Below are positions 60,313 through 64,000 of a stretch of 64,000 nt of DNA, one piece after another. The notes under the pieces are model-generated. The model had not been told where the DNA came from and did not search any database. It was given only the letters and a program-made list of their open reading frames with translations. Origin of the DNA: Occultella glacieicola. Lineage in GTDB: Bacteria > Actinomycetota > Actinomycetes > Actinomycetales > Beutenbergiaceae. The translations under genes were made by a program, and so were the position numbers. How positions within the stretch are numbered: the stretch's first letter is position 1; every line of letters begins with the position of its first letter. The stretch covers positions 124,001 to 188,000 of the forward strand of contig NZ_SMNA01000003.1 in NCBI RefSeq assembly GCF_004353825.1. Direction: 5' to 3'.

Positions 60313-61322
60313 CAAGCCTCGCGGGCCGCCCGCGCCCGGAGCCGGGGCAGGATGTGTTCGGCGTAGCGCTCGATGAACGCCGCCTGGTCCGCGCCGGGGT
60401 CATGGAACACGAGGTGCGTGAAGCCCATCTCGACGTAGGACCAGATGGACTCGACGTGCTCATCGGGGTCGTCCGAGACGATCCAACGGCTCGCGGTGCG
60501 CTCGGCCGGGAGGGCGTCGGAGAGCCGCTCCATCTCGACGGGGTCCTCGATCCCAGTCTTCTCCTCCGGGGTGAGGGCGAGCGCACCCCAGTTCCGGGTC
60601 GCCTCCATGGCGCCGGCCCGGTCGGCGTCGTAGGAGACCTTCATCTCGATCATCAGGTCGAGGTCGGCCAGTGTTCGCCCGGACTTCGCCGCCCCCTCCC
60701 CGAGCGCGGGCAGCAGCGTCCGGGTGTAGAGATCGCGGCCCTTGCCGCTGGTGCAGATGAACCCGTCGCCGAGGCGGCCGGCCAGGCGGGTGGCCGAGGG
60801 GCCCGAGGCCGCGATGTAGATCGGCACCGGAGACTCGGGCAGGTCGTAGATCGTCGCGTTGCGGGTGCTGTAGTAGGTCCCGTCGATGGTGACCCGCTCA
60901 CCGGCCCAGAGCGCCTGGATGAGCCCGATGGCCTCCTTGAACCGGGCGAACCGCTCCTTGCCGTCGGGCCACTCGAGACCGAGGGGCGACTCGTTCATCG
61001 CCTCCCCGGAGCCGACTCCGAGGATCACCCGCCCGGGAGCGAGGCAGCCCAGGGTCGCGAACGCCTGCGCCACCACGCCGGGGTGGTAACGCAGCGTCGG
61101 GGTCAGCACACTGGTGCCCAGCAGCACCCGCTCGGTGCTGGCCGCGGCGGCCCCGAGCCAGGGCAACGCGGCCGGCGCGTGGCCGCCGTGGTGGCGCCAC
61201 GGCTGCAGGTGGTCGCTGACGAACACCGAGTCGAAGCCTGCCTGCTCGGCGAGCACGGTGTAGTGGAGCAGGTCGCGGGGGGCGAACTGTTCGGCGGAGG
61301 CCTTGTAGCCGAGGCGCAGCAT
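60312..61322 (-). CDS. fgd: F420-dependent glucose/sugar-6-phosphate dehydrogenase
   Basis: LGYKASAEQF, SDHLQPWRH..GHAP, GTSVLTPT.RY, ICTSGKG, HLVFH. Confidence 0.88.
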   Translation of the reverse strand: MLRLGYKASAEQFAPRDLLHYTVLAEQAGFDSVFVSDHLQPWRHHGGHAPAALPWLGAAAASTERVLLGTSVLTPTLRYHPGVVAQAFATLGCLAPGRVILGVGSGEAMNESPLGLEWPDGKERFARFKEAIGLIQALWAGERVTIDGTYYSTRNATIYDLPESPVPIYIAASGPSATRLAGRLGDGFICTSGKGRDLYTRTLLPALGEGAAKSGRTLADLDLMIEMKVSYDADRAGAMEATRNWGALALTPEEKTGIEDPVEMERLSDALPAERTASRWIVSDDPDEHVESIWSYVEMGFTHLVFHDPGADQAAFIERYAEHILPRLRARAAREA

Positions 61323-61351
61323 GGTGTTCCTTCTGGGGTCGGACGGGTGGG

Positions 61352-62281
61352 TCAGGGGGCGCCGAGTTCGGCGCGCACGGCGTCCCGCACGAGCGCCCGG
61401 ACCCGCTGGCGGGCCTGCTCGGTGCCGGCCGCCACGTGCGGGGTCAGGTAGACGTTGTCGAGCTCGAGCAGCGGGCTGAACGGCGCCAGCGGCTCGGCCG
61501 CGAACACGTCCAGGGCGGCGGCGGCCGGGCGGCCGGCCCGCAGCGCGGTGACCAGCGCGGCCTCGTCGACGAGTTCGCCACGGGCAGCGTTGACGAGGAC
61601 GCTGCCGGGACGCATGCTCGCCAGCCGGGGACCATCGAGCAGGTGTCGGGTGCTCTCGGTGAGTGGAGCGTGCAGGGTGACCAGGTCGCTCGCGCCGAGC
61701 AGCTCGTCGAGGTCGACCTGCGTCGCCCCGTCGGTGTCCGGCAGTGGTCGCGGGTCGCTGCAGAGCACCCGGGACCCGAAGCCCCGCAGCCGGTCGCGCA
61801 CGGCACGGCCGATGGCGCCGAAGCCCACGATGCCCACGGTCATGGCGCCGAGTTCCCGGCCCAGCGGGCGGGTGTGCCAGCCGTCGCTGCGCAGGTCCCG
61901 GTCGGCACGGACCCCATCGCGCAGCGTGGTCAGCATCGCCATCAGCGTCCAGTCGGCGACGGCCTCGGCGTTGTAGCCCGGGGCATTGAGGACCCGGATG
62001 CCGACGGCCTCGGCGGCAGCGAGGTCCACCACACCGTCGAGGCCGACGGCCGGGTGCACGAGCAACCGGCAGCGCCGCATCCGTCCCAGCACGGCCGCGT
62101 CGAGCGGGTATCGACGGGCCGCGTCGCCCACCACGAGGTCCGCCCGGGCGAGGTCCGGCACCAGCACCTCCAGCGGTGCCCCGTCGGCGAGCACCACCTC
62201 GACGGGTTCGTCGAGGTCGGCGACCCAGGACTCGACGAGCGCACGCGGGTAGGCGGACAGGCACACCAGCACCGTGCTCAT
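61352..62281 (-). CDS. D-2-hydroxyacid dehydrogenase
   Basis: GIVGFGAIG, LHAPLT..T, VNAARG, LDVF..EP, LTPHVA. Confidence 0.9.
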   Translation of the reverse strand: MSTVLVCLSAYPRALVESWVADLDEPVEVVLADGAPLEVLVPDLARADLVVGDAARRYPLDAAVLGRMRRCRLLVHPAVGLDGVVDLAAAEAVGIRVLNAPGYNAEAVADWTLMAMLTTLRDGVRADRDLRSDGWHTRPLGRELGAMTVGIVGFGAIGRAVRDRLRGFGSRVLCSDPRPLPDTDGATQVDLDELLGASDLVTLHAPLTESTRHLLDGPRLASMRPGSVLVNAARGELVDEAALVTALRAGRPAAAALDVFAAEPLAPFSPLLELDNVYLTPHVAAGTEQARQRVRALVRDAVRAELGAP

Positions 62282-63477
62282 CGCTCGGCCCCCACGACCC
62301 GCTCGGCGACCACGGTGGCCCGATCGATCGCCATGCCGAGTCCCGGAGCGGTGGGGGCGGCGACGTGGCCGTCGACCGGGCGGATCGGGGCCGCGAGGAA
62401 GTGCTGGTACATCGGCATCAACCGGTCCAGGTACTCCATCTGCGGGATCAGCGCGGGCGAGGCCGCGAACGTCACCGCGGCATTGCACTGCAACGACTGA
62501 CCGTGTGGGATGAGCTGCCCGCCGGCGGCGCTGATCAGCGCGATGATCTTCGTGGTCTCCGAGATGCCGCCGTCCCAGTGCGGGTCGGGCTGGTACAGAT
62601 CGAGGGTGTCGGTGGCGATCAGGTCGGCGTATCCCCAGCGGCCGTACTCATGTTCCCCACCGGCGATCCGTACACCGTCGGGCAGGCGGTCGCGCAGGGT
62701 CCGGTACCCGGCCGCCTGGTCGGCGAGCAGCGGCTCCTCGATCCAGGTCAGGCGCAGATCGCGGGTGGCGTGGGCGACGTCGAGCGTGAACGGCACGTCC
62801 CAGCCGCTCCACGCGTCCAGCATGATGTCGATGTCCGGGCCGGCCGCGTCGCGCACCGTGCCGACGAGTTCGACGACGGCGTCCACCCCGGCCCGACCGT
62901 CCTCGGGGCCCCAGCGCGGGAACCACTTCAGCCCGCGATAGCCGGCGCCGACGAGTTCCGTGGTGCGGGCCGCGACCCGCTCCGGCTCCAGGCTGTCCCC
63001 GAGCGTGGACACGTAGGCGGGGACCTCGGTGCGGGTCGGTCCACCGAGGAGCACGTGGGCGGGTACGCCGAGGTGCTGGCCACGGATGTCCCAGAGCGCG
63101 CAGTCGACGGCGGAGAGCGCCACCATCCCGGCGCCACGGCGCCCGTGGATCGAGGAGCGGTACAGCACGTCCCAGATCCGTTCGGTCGCGAGCGGGTCGG
63201 TGCCCAGCAGCAGCGGGCGCAACGTGCGCATGATGATGAACGCCTGCTCCGGCGAGAGCTGCGCGGTGCTCCCCACCAGGTGGGTGTCGGTCTCGACGTG
63301 CAGGAACGTCGAGCGGATCTCGTACCGGCCCGGGGCGACCTCCGCGAACTCCTGTGGTCCGGTCCCCCGGAACTGCGGGTAGATGTCGTTCGGGCGGCGC
63401 AGCCGGTCGGCGAAGATCGGCTCGGGGGCGGCCAGGTGCCCGACGTACTCGACGCACCTGACGTCGGTGATGATCAC
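62278..63477 (-). CDS. Mandelate racemase-like enolase superfamily sugar-acid dehydratase
   Basis: SAVDCALWDI.G, MLDAW, WIEEPL, GGEHEY, QPD, PH; resembles the rhamnonate dehydratase group, substrate uncertain. Confidence 0.85.
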   Translation of the reverse strand: MIITDVRCVEYVGHLAAPEPIFADRLRRPNDIYPQFRGTGPQEFAEVAPGRYEIRSTFLHVETDTHLVGSTAQLSPEQAFIIMRTLRPLLLGTDPLATERIWDVLYRSSIHGRRGAGMVALSAVDCALWDIRGQHLGVPAHVLLGGPTRTEVPAYVSTLGDSLEPERVAARTTELVGAGYRGLKWFPRWGPEDGRAGVDAVVELVGTVRDAAGPDIDIMLDAWSGWDVPFTLDVAHATRDLRLTWIEEPLLADQAAGYRTLRDRLPDGVRIAGGEHEYGRWGYADLIATDTLDLYQPDPHWDGGISETTKIIALISAAGGQLIPHGQSLQCNAAVTFAASPALIPQMEYLDRLMPMYQHFLAAPIRPVDGHVAAPTAPGLGMAIDRATVVAERVVGAER

Positions 63478-64000
63478 GGGGTGTCCTCTCGGTCGGTGCG
63501 TTGCGGGGCCGTGCGTGCGGGCTCCGGCTCCGGTTCCGGCTCCCGGCGGGACAGCATGGGCACCAGCCCCATGATGCCCACGACGGCGACGACGGCCGCA
63601 CCCGCGAGCAGTGCGCCGTCCCCGCTCCAGGCGGTACCGGCCACGAAGGCGAGCACGGACGCCCCGGCCGCGGTTCCGCCGTCGAACGCCGCGTTCCAGA
63701 CCGCGCTGGCGGTCGGCGCGTCCTCCTCGGGAACCGCCCGGTAGCTCAGGTCCAGCAGGACCGTCTGCATGCCCCCGTAGGTGAGGCCGAACAGGGCCGC
63801 ACCGACCATGAGCGTGCCCACCGCATCGTTCGCGAGGCCGTGCGCGGCCAGGAGCAGGCCGACGACGCCGGCCGCGAGCAGCAGCGGGTACAGGCCGCGG
63901 TGACCGATCCGGTCGGTGAGGTGGCCGATGCGCCAGCGGGCCACCATGCCGACGGCCCCGTAGAGCAGCAGGGCGGCCCCGGCGGTGGAGCCGGCGGGCA
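63474..64000 (-). CDS. MFS transporter, C-terminal part (5' end outside window)
   Basis: Frame open to the window edge; G.L.DRIG.R motif; ASAVWNAAFD.G; TM helices. Confidence 0.8.
   Translation of the reverse strand, partial: PAGSTAGAALLLYGAVGMVARWRIGHLTDRIGHRGLYPLLLAAGVVGLLLAAHGLANDAVGTLMVGAALFGLTYGGMQTVLLDLSYRAVPEEDAPTASAVWNAAFDGGTAAGASVLAFVAGTAWSGDGALLAGAAVVAVVGIMGLVPMLSRREPEPEPEPARTAPQRTDREDTP

Overview
High-GC chromosomal window from an actinobacterium. Gene content and many leaderless TANNNT-N6/7-start promoters suggest Micrococcales; the genus cannot be determined. The core is housekeeping and metabolic: hemA, prolyl oligopeptidase, an auxiliary trpS, a DUF3516 helicase, ybaK, yggS, trxA, lplA, the branched-chain amino acid genes (cimA, ilvE, leuB, ilvC, ilvN, ilvB, ilvD), an allantoin/glyoxylate operon (hyi, glxR, gcl, glxK, allB, alc) and the end of an MFS-enolase-dehydrogenase-fgd-xdhC operon. 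Three leader-peptide attenuators below the ORF-track cutoff are readable (trpS, cimA, ilvB). Three genes look broken (DUF2252, vapC, an FAD monooxygenase). Accessory modules of interest: two DUF6318 genes sharing a 19-bp DnaA-box-containing promoter element, one paired with a PKD-like protein; an NLR-like SARP-NB-ARC-TPR activator facing a small beta-rich protein across 11-bp-periodic boxes; a second SARP module; an RHH regulator with a 3-1-3 operator array; a low-GC protease-lipoprotein pair; a candidate kissing-loop RNA; and an 89-bp element duplicating the 3' end of ilvC. No rRNA, tRNA, CRISPR array, transposase or integrase was seen. Family assignments come from recognising motifs by eye, not from database searches.
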